IMG/VR virus record: IMGVR_UViG_3300050025_000577
Direction: 5' to 3' (one strand)
DNA length: 64,000 nt
From: a virus
Below are positions 1 through 9,365 of the stretch, one piece after another. The notes below the pieces were generated by a model. That model did no database searches and was not told the origin of the DNA. It saw only the letters and a program-made list of their open reading frames with translations. Positions within the stretch are counted from its first letter, which is position 1; every line of letters starts with the position of its first letter. The position numbers were made by a program, and so were the translations under genes.

Positions 1-2
1 TA

Positions 3-122
3 GACAAACACATTAGTCAGATTCAGCCGAATTTGTTTCTGCCAAAATATCGCCTGATAAAAGACGCAAACATTGATGCCGTACTTGAAGAAATTGCTTT
101 GATGAATCGACAGCTTTCGTAA
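3..122 (+). CDS. 3' end of an ORF entering from the left (possibly the methyltransferase partner of the EcoRI-like nuclease; unverified)
   Basis: Open frame DKHISQ...LMNRQLS, TAA at 120-122, 25 bp before the nuclease ATG; no diagnostic motif in view. Confidence 0.4.
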   Translation, partial: DKHISQIQPNLFLPKYRLIKDANIDAVLEEIALMNRQLS

Positions 123-147
123 AATTCTTTTGAAAAGGATTATTGCA

Positions 148-951
148 ATGAGCAAAGGACAAACAAAACGACTAACTGAACAGCACATATCATTAGGTGG
201 CGCAAGCGGAATTTTTGGAGAATATGCACAGGTACACGAACATTCTGTTATTAGTGCCAGTGCAAGTGTATTTGAACAACTTAAGCAAGAATATCCAAGA
301 TACCAGTTTAGATTTAGACAAGCGATTCGCAAAAGAGAAATAAATGAAAAGTTAAGCTCAATTGATAATAGATTGGGCAAAACTCTTTTTGTAAAAGAAT
401 CAAAAATCAAACCTGATGGGGGAATTATTGAAGTTCTGGACAAATATAAAAAGTCGAGAGTGATTTTAGTTAGTGAAGCAAAGTTTCAAGGAAAAGATGT
501 TGAAAATATTAAGGCAGGAGCACTTGTCGGAAAGAATAAAGACCAAAATTTAATGGTAGCAGGAAACGCCATTGAAAGAATGTACAAGAACATTAATGAA
601 ATCAGAAATTTTATGCTTGATGAATATCATTTCCCGTATGTAGTCTTCTTGCAAGGCTCGAACTTTGCAACCAAGACCTTTCAAGTATTTAAACCTGATG
701 GTTCTTTCGTTGAAATTAGACATGATTCAGGTGCAATGAATAGAATCGACCGAGTAACCGCGGCGAATTATTGTATGGAAATAAATTGTAATTACTGCAA
801 GAATATTTTTATAGGTCACAAAAACTCATCCATAATGCTCCAAGCGGCTTCTATATATGCCAGATGCGAACCCTGGGATGAAGATGAGATGCAAAAGATT
901 ATGATGGATATTGCAAAAACATCTATAGATATATTGAATCAGTTGGGATAG
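148..951 (+). CDS. ecoRIR: EcoRI-family type II restriction endonuclease
   Basis: Colinear with EcoRI motifs: RLTEQH, IKPDGG, SEAKFQG, LMVAGNAIER, HFPYVVFLQGSNF, RVTAANY, IMLQAASIY; ATG at 148. Confidence 0.92.
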   Translation: MSKGQTKRLTEQHISLGGASGIFGEYAQVHEHSVISASASVFEQLKQEYPRYQFRFRQAIRKREINEKLSSIDNRLGKTLFVKESKIKPDGGIIEVLDKYKKSRVILVSEAKFQGKDVENIKAGALVGKNKDQNLMVAGNAIERMYKNINEIRNFMLDEYHFPYVVFLQGSNFATKTFQVFKPDGSFVEIRHDSGAMNRIDRVTAANYCMEINCNYCKNIFIGHKNSSIMLQAASIYARCEPWDEDEMQKIMMDIAKTSIDILNQLG

Positions 952-1045
952 TAAATAAAGTTGTGGATTTTGCAAAAACCGCCCAACACCTCTTCACAAA
1001 AACACCCTGTATACAAGGATTACTCTTACCAAATTATTGAGTAGA

Positions 1046-1585
1046 TTACTTTCGTAATCCGACCCGAAAAACTGCGGCGGTACTTTTGATTACGCTCATT
1101 ATTGGACGATCAGAACTAAAGACAAATATTCGGTTCATGTTATCCCGCGTCATTCTACCCATAGCCGAAATTTCAAACCATGTCTTAATATCTTTGTAAC
1201 TGGCTGAATAATATGCAGGCACTAAATCAATTTTGGTCTTATCCAATTCTGCTGATACATTCTTTAATAAGCATTGATAAGTTACATATTCGCCGTTCCA
1301 ACCTTCTCTTATTGTCAAAAACAAATAAGTTTCTACATTTCGAGAAATCTGCTCATTCAAAGACTTGATAAAAGACGCACTTAATGATTGTCCAATCTTT
1401 CCGAGAATGGCAGAACCTTTTTGCGAGATAATGTCGCCATGCACTTTAATAGTTTGCCCGTCCTCTGACCTCACACGAATCAGAACATGCTCAGGTAATT
1501 TTTCCTGTGTTGTGTCTTTTGCCTTTTTAGTTCTTGGCGCAACAGGCTTTTTTTCGGCGGTATTACTTTTGTTCATCTTTATCAA
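1046..1585 (-). CDS. Hypothetical protein, possibly PUA/EVE-like nucleic-acid-binding fold
   Basis: 179-aa AT-rich ORF; HGDIISQKGSAILGKIG and LVPAYY...KTWFEI patterns recall PUA-like domains (weak). Confidence 0.5.
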   Translation of the reverse strand: MIKMNKSNTAEKKPVAPRTKKAKDTTQEKLPEHVLIRVRSEDGQTIKVHGDIISQKGSAILGKIGQSLSASFIKSLNEQISRNVETYLFLTIREGWNGEYVTYQCLLKNVSAELDKTKIDLVPAYYSASYKDIKTWFEISAMGRMTRDNMNRIFVFSSDRPIMSVIKSTAAVFRVGLRK

Positions 1586-1757
1586 ACTCCATTTTAGAAA
1601 AAGGTGAGTGTATTTTACCTGAAATTCTTTCGTTCAATTCAAGCAAATAGGCTTGCAGGTCAAAGCCGCCCACCGATCAACAGTGTCAAGGATAGGCAAT
1701 TCTCAAAAGTATGTGTCGCCAAGCCCCTACTAATAGTCTTAGGGACTTTTACTTTTT

Positions 1758-1793
1758 CCCCGCCTCAGCGCAAGTAACGCAAACCATTAGCGC
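1758..1793 (+). repeat. Partial attC-like site (3' half)
   Basis: CCCCGCCTCAGCGCAAGTAACGCAAACCATTAGCGC resembles the 3' arm of the two complete sites but lies in the opposite orientation; 5' half degenerate. Confidence 0.45.
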
Positions 1794-2011
1794 CACTTCC
1801 GACTTTTACCATAGCAACACATCACACGCCTGAGCGTGCAGTTCTTATTCTTTCCTCGCCAATTTTTAAACAGCGCAGGGTATGATCCCTTACATGAATC
1901 TCTCGCTCTTGTTCAGCAAGCCCAGCCTAGCAGCTCTCACCGCGCCGCAAGCTTCAATAGCTCATCCTGGCTGTTCCCTTCGGGGTCGCGGTCGCAGGCA
2001 TTGGATAAAAG

Positions 2012-2138
2012 CCCCAACGGTTTTCTTTACTGGCAGGTGGGCGTGGACAATACCTGGGAGTAGAAAAAAAACTCGAAGCCAGAAAACTGCTTGAAAATGC
2101 CACAGAATCCCCAGCGTCCAGTGTGCGCCGTGTTGGGT
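2012..2138 (-). repeat. attC-like integron cassette recombination site
   Basis: Minus strand: inverse core ACCCAAC 7 bp after the stop of 2145..2816, core GTTGGGG 127 bp later, imperfect inverted arms. Confidence 0.8.
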
Positions 2139-2144
2139 TGCGTT

Positions 2145-2816
2145 TTAAGAAGAAATACGCGCCATGAAATCAAGCACGCCTTGATACATTAACTGAACCT
2201 GTTCTTTTGCGTATTCATTGTATTTTCCATGTGCCGCTTTATTTCTTAAATCCAACCATGCAGTAATATTTTTCTGGTCAAGGTGATTATAAACACTTTC
2301 TTTGACTAAATCTGCGTTGAGAGTATCTGCTTTCTTAGCAATCATTTCGCCAGATGGCTTGGTAATATCAAGAGGGATTGAAGCATTTTGACACAATTGG
2401 CGTAAATGCTCCTCAAGCGTGCTACCTATCATCACAGCAGCAGCATCCTTATAATCTTCTGTGAGTAAATAAAATGCCATTTCCAGAAAATCCGAAAATA
2501 TTTCAGCAGATATAAGAGTCTTTACTGAAATAGACCAGCCTCCCTCCATTTCATTTTTTACTGCTCGCAATACACCTAAGCCAGCTTTAACCCTATCTGG
2601 TTGCTTATCTGCGGCTACTTGGTCGTCGAATTCATTATAATAAGGATGATTTGCGCCAAATGACTTTAATAAAAAGGACAATGACGCCGAACGAAATAAT
2701 CGGTACTGAGATGTCTCAACAGAACTGCCAAATTCTGAAGAACTTGTAGTTTCGAGAGTTTTCTCTCCTATTGCTATTAATTCATCCACACGCTTGATAA
2801 GGTCATGTAATTTCAT
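2145..2816 (-). CDS. HEPN-domain (Abi-like) putative RNase, cassette gene
   Basis: C-terminal RNKAAH (RxxxxH); AAAVMIGSTLEEHLRQLC helix; flanked by attC sites. Confidence 0.8.
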   Translation of the reverse strand: MKLHDLIKRVDELIAIGEKTLETTSSSEFGSSVETSQYRLFRSASLSFLLKSFGANHPYYNEFDDQVAADKQPDRVKAGLGVLRAVKNEMEGGWSISVKTLISAEIFSDFLEMAFYLLTEDYKDAAAVMIGSTLEEHLRQLCQNASIPLDITKPSGEMIAKKADTLNADLVKESVYNHLDQKNITAWLDLRNKAAHGKYNEYAKEQVQLMYQGVLDFMARISS

Positions 2817-2846
2817 ATCGACTCCAATGTTTTCTATAGAAAAGCG

Positions 2847-2979
2847 AACCAACGGCTGGCTTTACCGGCGCGGGGTGGATTTGGCGGGAAAATGCCAACA
2901 GTAGAACCCAGCCAAAGGCGCTGAATCCCTGGCGGGGAGGCGAAGCCCGCTCCGCGTCCATGTGCAAGCAGTGTTAGGC
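2847..2979 (-). repeat. attC-like site
   Basis: Minus strand: GCCTAAC (2979-2973) ... GTTGGTT (2853-2847); arms similar to 2012-2138. Confidence 0.8.
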
Positions 2980-3002
2980 GTTTTATTGTTGCGCAAGACT
3001 CG

Positions 3003-3200
3003 CTACTTGGATAATGCCGATAAAGGACAATCTGCCTTTTCTCTAAATGAACATTGAAAGTTTAAACAACTAGGTTTTTGTGGAAATTCATAAACTTGAC
3101 CACTCTGCCCACTTGGACGTGTTTTTATTACTGTTATTTCGTATTTTTCGTCTTTCCCTGTGATAATACACTTTATAGTAAATATTTTCCTTGTAGCCAT
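3003..3200 (-). CDS. Small Cys-containing cassette protein
   Basis: 65-aa ORF with RBS, ends 24 bp before the attC at 2979. Confidence 0.55.
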   Translation of the reverse strand: MATRKIFTIKCIITGKDEKYEITVIKTRPSGQSGQVYEFPQKPSCLNFQCSFREKADCPLSALSK

Positions 3201-3225
3201 GTTTTTTTCTCCTTATTTGTGGTGT

Positions 3226-3272
3226 GCCATTTAGCATAGTTATATCTTGTATAACATATGCTTTATTAGGCG
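3226..3272 (-). repeat. Short degenerate attC-like hairpin
   Basis: CGCCTAAT overlaps the HNH stop, then GCATATGTTATA-CAAGA-TATAAC(-)TATGC stem with one extrahelical base; core degenerate. Confidence 0.5.
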
Positions 3273-3769
3273 TTTTTGACTTTCTCTAAACTTCGCCTTT
3301 CTGCAACAATTTTTCTTAATTCATCCACTGGAATAGGCTCTTTACCATTGTGGTGTAAAACGCGATGACAATTTGCACAAACAATGCATACATCTTCAAT
3401 TGTAGTTACACGTTCTTCTTTTGCATTAGAAAGTGGTATTAAGTGATGAACTTCAATGTAACCTGCACCCAACTCGCCATAGACTTTCTCAAAATTTAAT
3501 CCACACACATAACAATTGTAGCCATATAGTTCAATCGCTTGAGCACGTAACCTGCTGTCTCGCTTTTGCATTTCTACAATTATTTCTTGAACACCACCTT
3601 CTCTAAACCCTTTTGGCTCCAATGCAGAGTCTATTACAATGCTTTTATCTGGGATTTGAACAAAAACAACTTGCGCCTTTTGTTCATTCGGTATAGATGT
3701 TACGCCGGATCTGGACAGATGAAATAAAGGCAAAACGCTATCAATGTTCTCCACAATCTCAATGTTCAT
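3266..3769 (-). CDS. McrA-like HNH endonuclease
   Basis: CYVC...IEVHHLIPLS...VCANCHRVLH. Confidence 0.85.
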   Translation of the reverse strand: MNIEIVENIDSVLPLFHLSRSGVTSIPNEQKAQVVFVQIPDKSIVIDSALEPKGFREGGVQEIIVEMQKRDSRLRAQAIELYGYNCYVCGLNFEKVYGELGAGYIEVHHLIPLSNAKEERVTTIEDVCIVCANCHRVLHHNGKEPIPVDELRKIVAERRSLEKVKNA

Positions 3770-4640
3770 ATGGATTACCTTTACACTGAGAACAGACTAA
3801 CCGATAATCGCTATCGATTTCTGTTTTTACTAAGACCCAATTCTGTTTAATATTTTCTGATAACTCTTGACAACTCGGATTTGGACATCTGATCATATAT
3901 ACTTCATGGCTTCTCAATATGTCAGAATATCTCATTGTTCTTTCCTTTTTCCATACCCTATCGAAGTTTTTGACAAGATGGGATGTAACCTTTTCAAAAT
4001 AATGATAATCAACATTTTGTATCTTCATCTCAAGTTCGTCTAGGTCTGTGATCTTGTCTATCAGTTGATTTATCATTTCGTTGTATCGAATTATCTTATC
4101 CTTCAAGCGAAAGCAACGTTGTTGGCGATCTGCGTTTTGCGGTACACAAACACTTAAGTCTTTTTTATCAACGCCGAGTTGAAAGTAAATTTCAAAGATA
4201 TATTCATCAGAAATGTTGTGACCGTTGTATTCTCTAATGTAATGTAGTTGGAGCAAGCTAAATGGAATGCTATCTGATGCACTGTCTTCGTTGACTTGCA
4301 AACTTAAGATGTCGCTGAGGAAATCTGAGGGAAAAGAACAGTTTCTTATCAAAAAATTCTTGAAACTGGAAATTATCGCAACAACAACGTCAGTTCTTCC
4401 TGATTTGTAACCATTTTGCCACATGGTGAGGATGTAATCATCTACATCAGCCCTAGTGAAAGTATCAAATGGTTTATCCTTATATTTGTTAAATTTCAGA
4501 AAATTCTCTATTGTTTGATAATAACCTGTGCTCTTATGGTCAGTCTCTCCTTGAAATTTATCAAACCATTTTTTATTGGATCGTTCCATTTCTTTCAGTG
4601 TCAAATGCTTCATGGAGGGTCTTTTTGAGGGGTTTTTCAT
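3759..4640 (-). CDS. Degenerate tyrosine-recombinase-like protein with C-terminal zinc ribbon
   Basis: Integrase SAM-like N-terminus (FTRADVDDYI...ISSFKNFL); TGxR replaced by LGVD and HxLRH by DILRS; CPNPSC...CSQC. Confidence 0.55.
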   Translation of the reverse strand: MKNPSKRPSMKHLTLKEMERSNKKWFDKFQGETDHKSTGYYQTIENFLKFNKYKDKPFDTFTRADVDDYILTMWQNGYKSGRTDVVVAIISSFKNFLIRNCSFPSDFLSDILSLQVNEDSASDSIPFSLLQLHYIREYNGHNISDEYIFEIYFQLGVDKKDLSVCVPQNADRQQRCFRLKDKIIRYNEMINQLIDKITDLDELEMKIQNVDYHYFEKVTSHLVKNFDRVWKKERTMRYSDILRSHEVYMIRCPNPSCQELSENIKQNWVLVKTEIDSDYRLVCSQCKGNPYEH

Positions 4641-4685
4641 AAATTTTCCTGACCAAATTTACTGGCATGCGGTTGAAAAAGAAAC

Positions 4686-4692
4686 GCCTAAC
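4686..4692 (-). repeat. Cassette core site GTTAGGC at the array/phage junction
   Basis: Complementary to the cassette's own inverse core CGCCTAA at 3272-3266; no upstream inverse core visible. Confidence 0.55.
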
Positions 4693-4889
4693 TGCTTATA
4701 GACCGCCAAAGATTAGAAAGAATTAATGTAGATTATAGCTCATTTGAGATGTGACCGCAGTGCGCGCGGGTCGAAGATACCGAGTGCTCTTCTCGGTGCG
4801 CACTCCATCTGGCGGCAGGGAGAATTAAAACCGCTATTTGCCTGCGAATTTACGTCTCCAGCCTCTATCTGAAGGTTGGAGACGTTTCA

Positions 4890-6116
4890 TTATTCGAGGA
4901 TCTCCACAAAGCGGGCGTGCCAGGCCATGTTGCCCTCTGTAAAGCCCTGAGAGCGAACCTTGACCTTCAGTCGGCCTTGAGCGGTGAAGCGGCGCTTGAT
5001 CTCTTGCTTATCGTCACGAGTGAAGCCGGTTCCTACGGCGCCCAGCGAGCTGCCATCCAGGCTTGAAATCACCATTGCGCCGAACGCATGACCTTGCGCG
5101 GTTGTAGGCGTCAATGAAGTCACCAAGGCGTCGAACTCGGTGAGATACTTCGTGCGAACATAGCCATCGTCCGTCTTCTTGCCGGCATACAAAGGCAAGT
5201 CGCGCCTGAACCACACTTCCCCTTCCCTACCCTTCTGATGCTGCTCGTCGCAGAGCGCCTGTTTCTCTTCCTTGCTTCGCGCTGTCGTTAGCGGCACAAA
5301 AGAACGGCCTTTCAGCACCAGCAGAGTGGCAATTTCGCGACCCTTGGCAACACGCGCACTTTGGTCCAGCATTTCGTGCCCAGAATGCCACAGACTCGAG
5401 AATATGAAATACGCCTGGTACGGTTCTTTCTCCGGCTCTCCATGTTCCGCATTGTACGTGGCGGCCTGCGATCCCGTGCGATGCTCGCCGCCGTTGCAGT
5501 CCAGATAGGTCAGCTCACCTTCCAGAATAAAGCTGCCGATCTCTTGCGCCAGCTCACGAAGAGCAATGTTCATCTCATCATTCGGAGCGCCGTTGAGCTT
5601 CATTTGGCGGGATTGATAGTAGACCCGGTCCTTGGATGCGAATACGATCAACTTGTTCCCGTCGATCTTGCGCTGGCCCCAGTAATTGGAGTTGTTGATG
5701 TACTTCTCGCGGGGAGAACTGGCATCCACCGGTTGCATGGGAGCGAACGCTCCCGGCTGCATGGTATTGGGGAATTCCATGATGAACTGCGGTTCAGCCG
5801 GCTTCGCCGGTGCGCTGCGCGCAGGCGCTGACGCAATGTTTCCGTTGTCGGAAATCTCGATCCCTTCAAGCTGAGCGGCCTTCTTGTAAAAGCCGGCTGC
5901 CATCTCAGGATGGCCCTGGTTGAGCGCCTGCTGGGCCAGCAGCAGACACTTCGGCGCAGCGATCCCCTTGCCGTAATCGCGCAGGTAGGCTTGCGCACCC
6001 CTCTCGCCTTGCTTCTCAAGGCCGCGGGCGACAATGCGCGTCTGCCAACGTGTAATGATGTCTGCCGGCACCCTTCTTTGTGGCGGCTTGCTGTTGATAT
6101 AGTCTTGCAGGTTCAT
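4890..6116 (-). CDS. ATP-dependent DNA ligase
   Basis: KIDG (motif I), LEGEL, EGEVWF, C-terminal OB fold with VGTGF. Confidence 0.9.
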   Translation of the reverse strand: MNLQDYINSKPPQRRVPADIITRWQTRIVARGLEKQGERGAQAYLRDYGKGIAAPKCLLLAQQALNQGHPEMAAGFYKKAAQLEGIEISDNGNIASAPARSAPAKPAEPQFIMEFPNTMQPGAFAPMQPVDASSPREKYINNSNYWGQRKIDGNKLIVFASKDRVYYQSRQMKLNGAPNDEMNIALRELAQEIGSFILEGELTYLDCNGGEHRTGSQAATYNAEHGEPEKEPYQAYFIFSSLWHSGHEMLDQSARVAKGREIATLLVLKGRSFVPLTTARSKEEKQALCDEQHQKGREGEVWFRRDLPLYAGKKTDDGYVRTKYLTEFDALVTSLTPTTAQGHAFGAMVISSLDGSSLGAVGTGFTRDDKQEIKRRFTAQGRLKVKVRSQGFTEGNMAWHARFVEILE

Positions 6117-6136
6117 AACGCCTCCATAGGTTTATA

Positions 6137-6174
6137 AAAGCTTGAGCCGCCAGGCATCCGGCGGCTCAAGCTTT
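6137..6174 (-). terminator. Perfect 15-bp hairpin upstream of the ligase gene
   Basis: AAAGCTTGAGCCGCC-8 nt-GGCGGCTCAAGCTTT; ends in a T run on the minus strand. Confidence 0.6.
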
Positions 6175-6472
6175 AGTCAGCACGATCCATCTCCCTTTTG
6201 ACCAGTTCAGGCGTCACCAGGGAGATGGCGATCCTGACCATCGTTTTGTATTTCTCGCTTCTGGTATTCTGGTGAATTCCATTCTCGAAACCGTTGCCTT
6301 TCAGCATGTTGTCCACCAAATCCCTAAAGGCTGAGCGAACGTTGTAGATTTCCCCGAAATCATAGTCAGGGTTATTGGGATCCATTTTCGGGAAAGCCTT
6401 GCGTAAGCTGGGCAGGACTTCGTTGTAGGCATCCTTGAAAATCAGGTTGGGAGAAAACCTCGACCGCCTCAT
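6173..6472 (-). CDS. Hypothetical phage protein
   Basis: Packed in the leftward operon with RBS. Confidence 0.6.
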   Translation of the reverse strand: MRRSRFSPNLIFKDAYNEVLPSLRKAFPKMDPNNPDYDFGEIYNVRSAFRDLVDNMLKGNGFENGIHQNTRSEKYKTMVRIAISLVTPELVKREMDRAD

Positions 6473-6474
6473 CT

Positions 6475-6864
6475 CTACCTCTCTCCAGGCAGCATCATGA
6501 TATAGCCGCCTTCCTCGGCATCAACGTAGCCCACTTCCACATAGATCTTTATTTCCGACAACGGAAAGTCCGTGAATGGAATGCTCTGCTCGGCCAATTT
6601 CCGACCATCGCCATCGTCCGCCACGAGGATCGCGGTGTTGTCGGGGCTCACCTTGAGCCTCCAGACCTGGAATTCTTCTCTTTGCAAAGCCAGTTTGGTT
6701 TTGATGTGCGAGAAAATGGCGTCGAGCAGCCATGCAGCGCCGTTGTCGGCAACGAACTTCATGCCGTCGGTGTAAAAGAACCGGCGATCCAACCAATGGC
6801 GATACCAGGTATTCGTACCGTTGTTGAATTGAGCGAGGTTATGAGCGAATTCATCAGGTTTCAT
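6475..6864 (-). CDS. DUF6876-like phage protein
   Basis: YTDGMKFVAD..AAWLLDAI..EEFQVWRLKV..DDGDG..QSIPFTDFPL..MMLPGE pattern. Confidence 0.75.
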   Translation of the reverse strand: MKPDEFAHNLAQFNNGTNTWYRHWLDRRFFYTDGMKFVADNGAAWLLDAIFSHIKTKLALQREEFQVWRLKVSPDNTAILVADDGDGRKLAEQSIPFTDFPLSEIKIYVEVGYVDAEEGGYIMMLPGER

Positions 6865-7226
6865 GGCGATACCCGTTCGACTTGATGGAGAGCTTTGGAA
6901 ATCTGCTCGCGCAATTTCTGATCGAACGCGCCGGAGTTACTGTCCATGACCAGGGTTTGATGAAGGAGATCCCAGACTTCATTAGGCACGATCAGCATGA
7001 CCGTGTCTTTCGTGGCGATTTTCCGGCACTTGAGCCACTCCGCTGCAATGCGATCCATGTCTTCTGGGGTGACGCGAATTCCACCACGAAGTTCCTTGCC
7101 AGACTTTCCGATACCGGAAATTCCAGCCATTCCGCCGCGTATGAATATGACTGCTTCCCGGATTTCCGGCATTCCGTTACGGTTCTCCATCCAGGAACCG
7201 TCTGTAACCTTGATTTGTAGGTCCAT
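6861..7226 (-). CDS. Hypothetical phage protein
   Basis: Start and stop codons overlap both neighbours. Confidence 0.6.
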   Translation of the reverse strand: MDLQIKVTDGSWMENRNGMPEIREAVIFIRGGMAGISGIGKSGKELRGGIRVTPEDMDRIAAEWLKCRKIATKDTVMLIVPNEVWDLLHQTLVMDSNSGAFDQKLREQISKALHQVERVSP

Positions 7227-7660
7227 TATTCCTCGCATTCCGCGAAAAGCTTTTCAAGCTTCTGGATATTAATAAGGCCGCTATCCAAAACTCCGTACCT
7301 CTCGCTATCGCACATGAAAGACAAGTCGCCATCCGGCCACACCTGAACACGAAAGCCGGATAATTGGTATCCTTCACCAAGCTTCCTGAGTGTGTTGGGG
7401 TGAATGGAGGAACCAGCAATAACTTCGCCGTTGCTCTCAACGAGACTGGCTATTTCTGAGTTGTAGCCAATCCACTGGCTCAAGTGTTCAAAATTTAAGC
7501 TGGAGAATGACGGCCAGTTCTTTTTCATTTGGTTTGCGAGTTTAACAATGCCACCCAGGCCAATAAGACTTCCGTCTTTTATTTCAACAACACACATTTC
7601 TGGCACTGAGCCGTCTTCACATCCATTGTTGACGTCAAGTATTAACCATGCTTTTTTCAT
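7226..7660 (-). CDS. Hypothetical phage protein
   Basis: GGAGG RBS, coupled to neighbours. Confidence 0.6.
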   Translation of the reverse strand: MKKAWLILDVNNGCEDGSVPEMCVVEIKDGSLIGLGGIVKLANQMKKNWPSFSSLNFEHLSQWIGYNSEIASLVESNGEVIAGSSIHPNTLRKLGEGYQLSGFRVQVWPDGDLSFMCDSERYGVLDSGLINIQKLEKLFAECEE

Positions 7661-8007
7661 CGTGCCTCCTCCATAGTTGCTGCGTGCGCCAGGATCCAAT
7701 CATCTTGACGCTTTTCTGTCATCGGAAACTCAAGCTGCACTGCACCAGAACGCACTACCCAATCAGGGAGTTTGGCCGGATAGAAACAAACAATGCAGGG
7801 CCAGTCAGGGTCTGCTGGAAAATCAGGGAATACGATGACCCACATCTCGCCGGCCTTTTCCAGCGTGCCCTTGGATCCCATCGGGACCAATCCCGCCGAC
7901 TTGCCCTTTGCACCCTTGTACTTCGCCACTCCAGGCCAAATCTGATCGCGGGTAATCATCACCTGGTCGCCGATCTTCAAGTTGGTTTCGTTTTCAACGG
8001 TTTTCAT
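7657..8007 (-). CDS. Hypothetical phage protein
   Basis: ATGA overlaps on both sides. Confidence 0.6.
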   Translation of the reverse strand: MKTVENETNLKIGDQVMITRDQIWPGVAKYKGAKGKSAGLVPMGSKGTLEKAGEMWVIVFPDFPADPDWPCIVCFYPAKLPDWVVRSGAVQLEFPMTEKRQDDWILAHAATMEEAR

Positions 8008-8327
8008 TCCTCTCCGACAAGAACGAATTTGCGTTCCACCAACTCCAGTGTGTCGTGATCGTAGTCCCAAGGGAACTTGTGTTTGACCACATATTTCAGC
8101 CAGGGATGGATAAACTTGTCCAACTGTTCCGGGTTGCATTCTTCGATATTGAAGTCGGAGACCGCCAGAACTCCCTGCACTTCGCCGGCCAGGTTCAAAT
8201 TGCGGATGTCTTCCGCATCATGCGGAAGAACAATGAACACGCCGATATGAGGTTGCTCAAGCCCGTCATCATTGGGATACCATGTTCCAATCCAAATGGT
8301 AGGTTCTTTTATCATGGGATTGTCCAA
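8004..8327 (-). CDS. Hypothetical phage protein
   Basis: Operon packing. Confidence 0.55.
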   Translation of the reverse strand: MDNPMIKEPTIWIGTWYPNDDGLEQPHIGVFIVLPHDAEDIRNLNLAGEVQGVLAVSDFNIEECNPEQLDKFIHPWLKYVVKHKFPWDYDHDTLELVERKFVLVGEE

Positions 8328-8653
8328 TCCTTTCCGTCTCTATGCGCCCAGAGCGAGGTGATTGGCTCATCGTTTTCTTTGTTGAGTTCATACACATCCA
8401 CGTTCGCGCCGGTTCCTCCATCGCCTTGAATATGAAGGCTCAGATCTCCAACGGTGATCCAGCATTCCTGGCCGGCCAGCGTGTAATCGAGGTCGCCGTC
8501 CTGCTGCAAGGGATGACACTCCCAGCAGCAATGATCGCAAACGATGTTGTCGCAATCACATCCTTCGTGATTTGTGCAATCCGGGTCATGCGGAGAGTGC
8601 GCGTCCTCTTCGTCGATGGGTTCATGGCATGCCTGGCATTCACGTTTAGCCAT
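8312..8653 (-). CDS. Cys/His-rich putative zinc-binding phage protein
   Basis: CQAC...CTNHEGCDCDNIVCDHCCWECHP. Confidence 0.6.
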   Translation of the reverse strand: MAKRECQACHEPIDEEDAHSPHDPDCTNHEGCDCDNIVCDHCCWECHPLQQDGDLDYTLAGQECWITVGDLSLHIQGDGGTGANVDVYELNKENDEPITSLWAHRDGKDWTIP

Positions 8654-9086
8654 AATTCGTCCATCCCTTCTCTTCGGGAGCCAGGTTCAGCCTTTGAAGT
8701 TCGCCCATGAGAGGCGTTGAAACAAAGAGATCGTTGTGACCGAAGATGAAATACACCTTTCCGTCTTCAAGCTGGTCGTATACGTCTCCCAGGTTGCTGC
8801 TGTAACGAAATATGTCCACGGAAACAACCTCGCTCCATTCACCCACCGTGCAGGTGATCTGCTGGTCAAGCCGTTCAGCGAGAGAGGCAAGAATATCCAA
8901 GCACCAGTCTGTCTCGCGTTCAATCATGCGGCGCGCTTCCTTGATTGCGCCTTCGTTTTCATCGGCGAGATATTCCGCAATTTGTTCGTCGCTAATATGA
9001 CAATGCAGTTTTAGAAAGTTTTCGTGCGTGGCTTCGAGAACCCAGCCCCAATTGGGTGCGCTTCCTGAACTCATGATTTGCCTCAC
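8646..9086 (-). CDS. Hypothetical phage protein
   Basis: Operon packing. Confidence 0.6.
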   Translation of the reverse strand: MRQIMSSGSAPNWGWVLEATHENFLKLHCHISDEQIAEYLADENEGAIKEARRMIERETDWCLDILASLAERLDQQITCTVGEWSEVVSVDIFRYSSNLGDVYDQLEDGKVYFIFGHNDLFVSTPLMGELQRLNLAPEEKGWTNYG

Positions 9087-9349
9087 TTTCCGACGACGGA
9101 ATGTTTTCGCTTGGCTTTCTTTGTGACTTTGTCCTGACCCATGTCAGAGCCAAAGATCCGCATGGCGGCGCCGTTCCCGTCCGCGGTCAACTTGCAAGCT
9201 GCGGCGTCCCCCTCCACCCAGCTTCGCGCCCGAAACGCAGCGAACACTCCGCTGGGAACGAAGGAATTCAATCCTTTGTTTGTGTTCCGAACCAAATGTG
9301 CAAGCCACAATTTTTGCTGACTGTCGATGTTGTCGATGAGTAGTTCCAT
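9083..9349 (-). CDS. Hypothetical phage protein
   Basis: RBS GGAG, ATG at 9349. Confidence 0.5.
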   Translation of the reverse strand: MELLIDNIDSQQKLWLAHLVRNTNKGLNSFVPSGVFAAFRARSWVEGDAAACKLTADGNGAAMRIFGSDMGQDKVTKKAKRKHSVVGK

Positions 9350-9365
9350 GCACTCTCCAGCGCAT

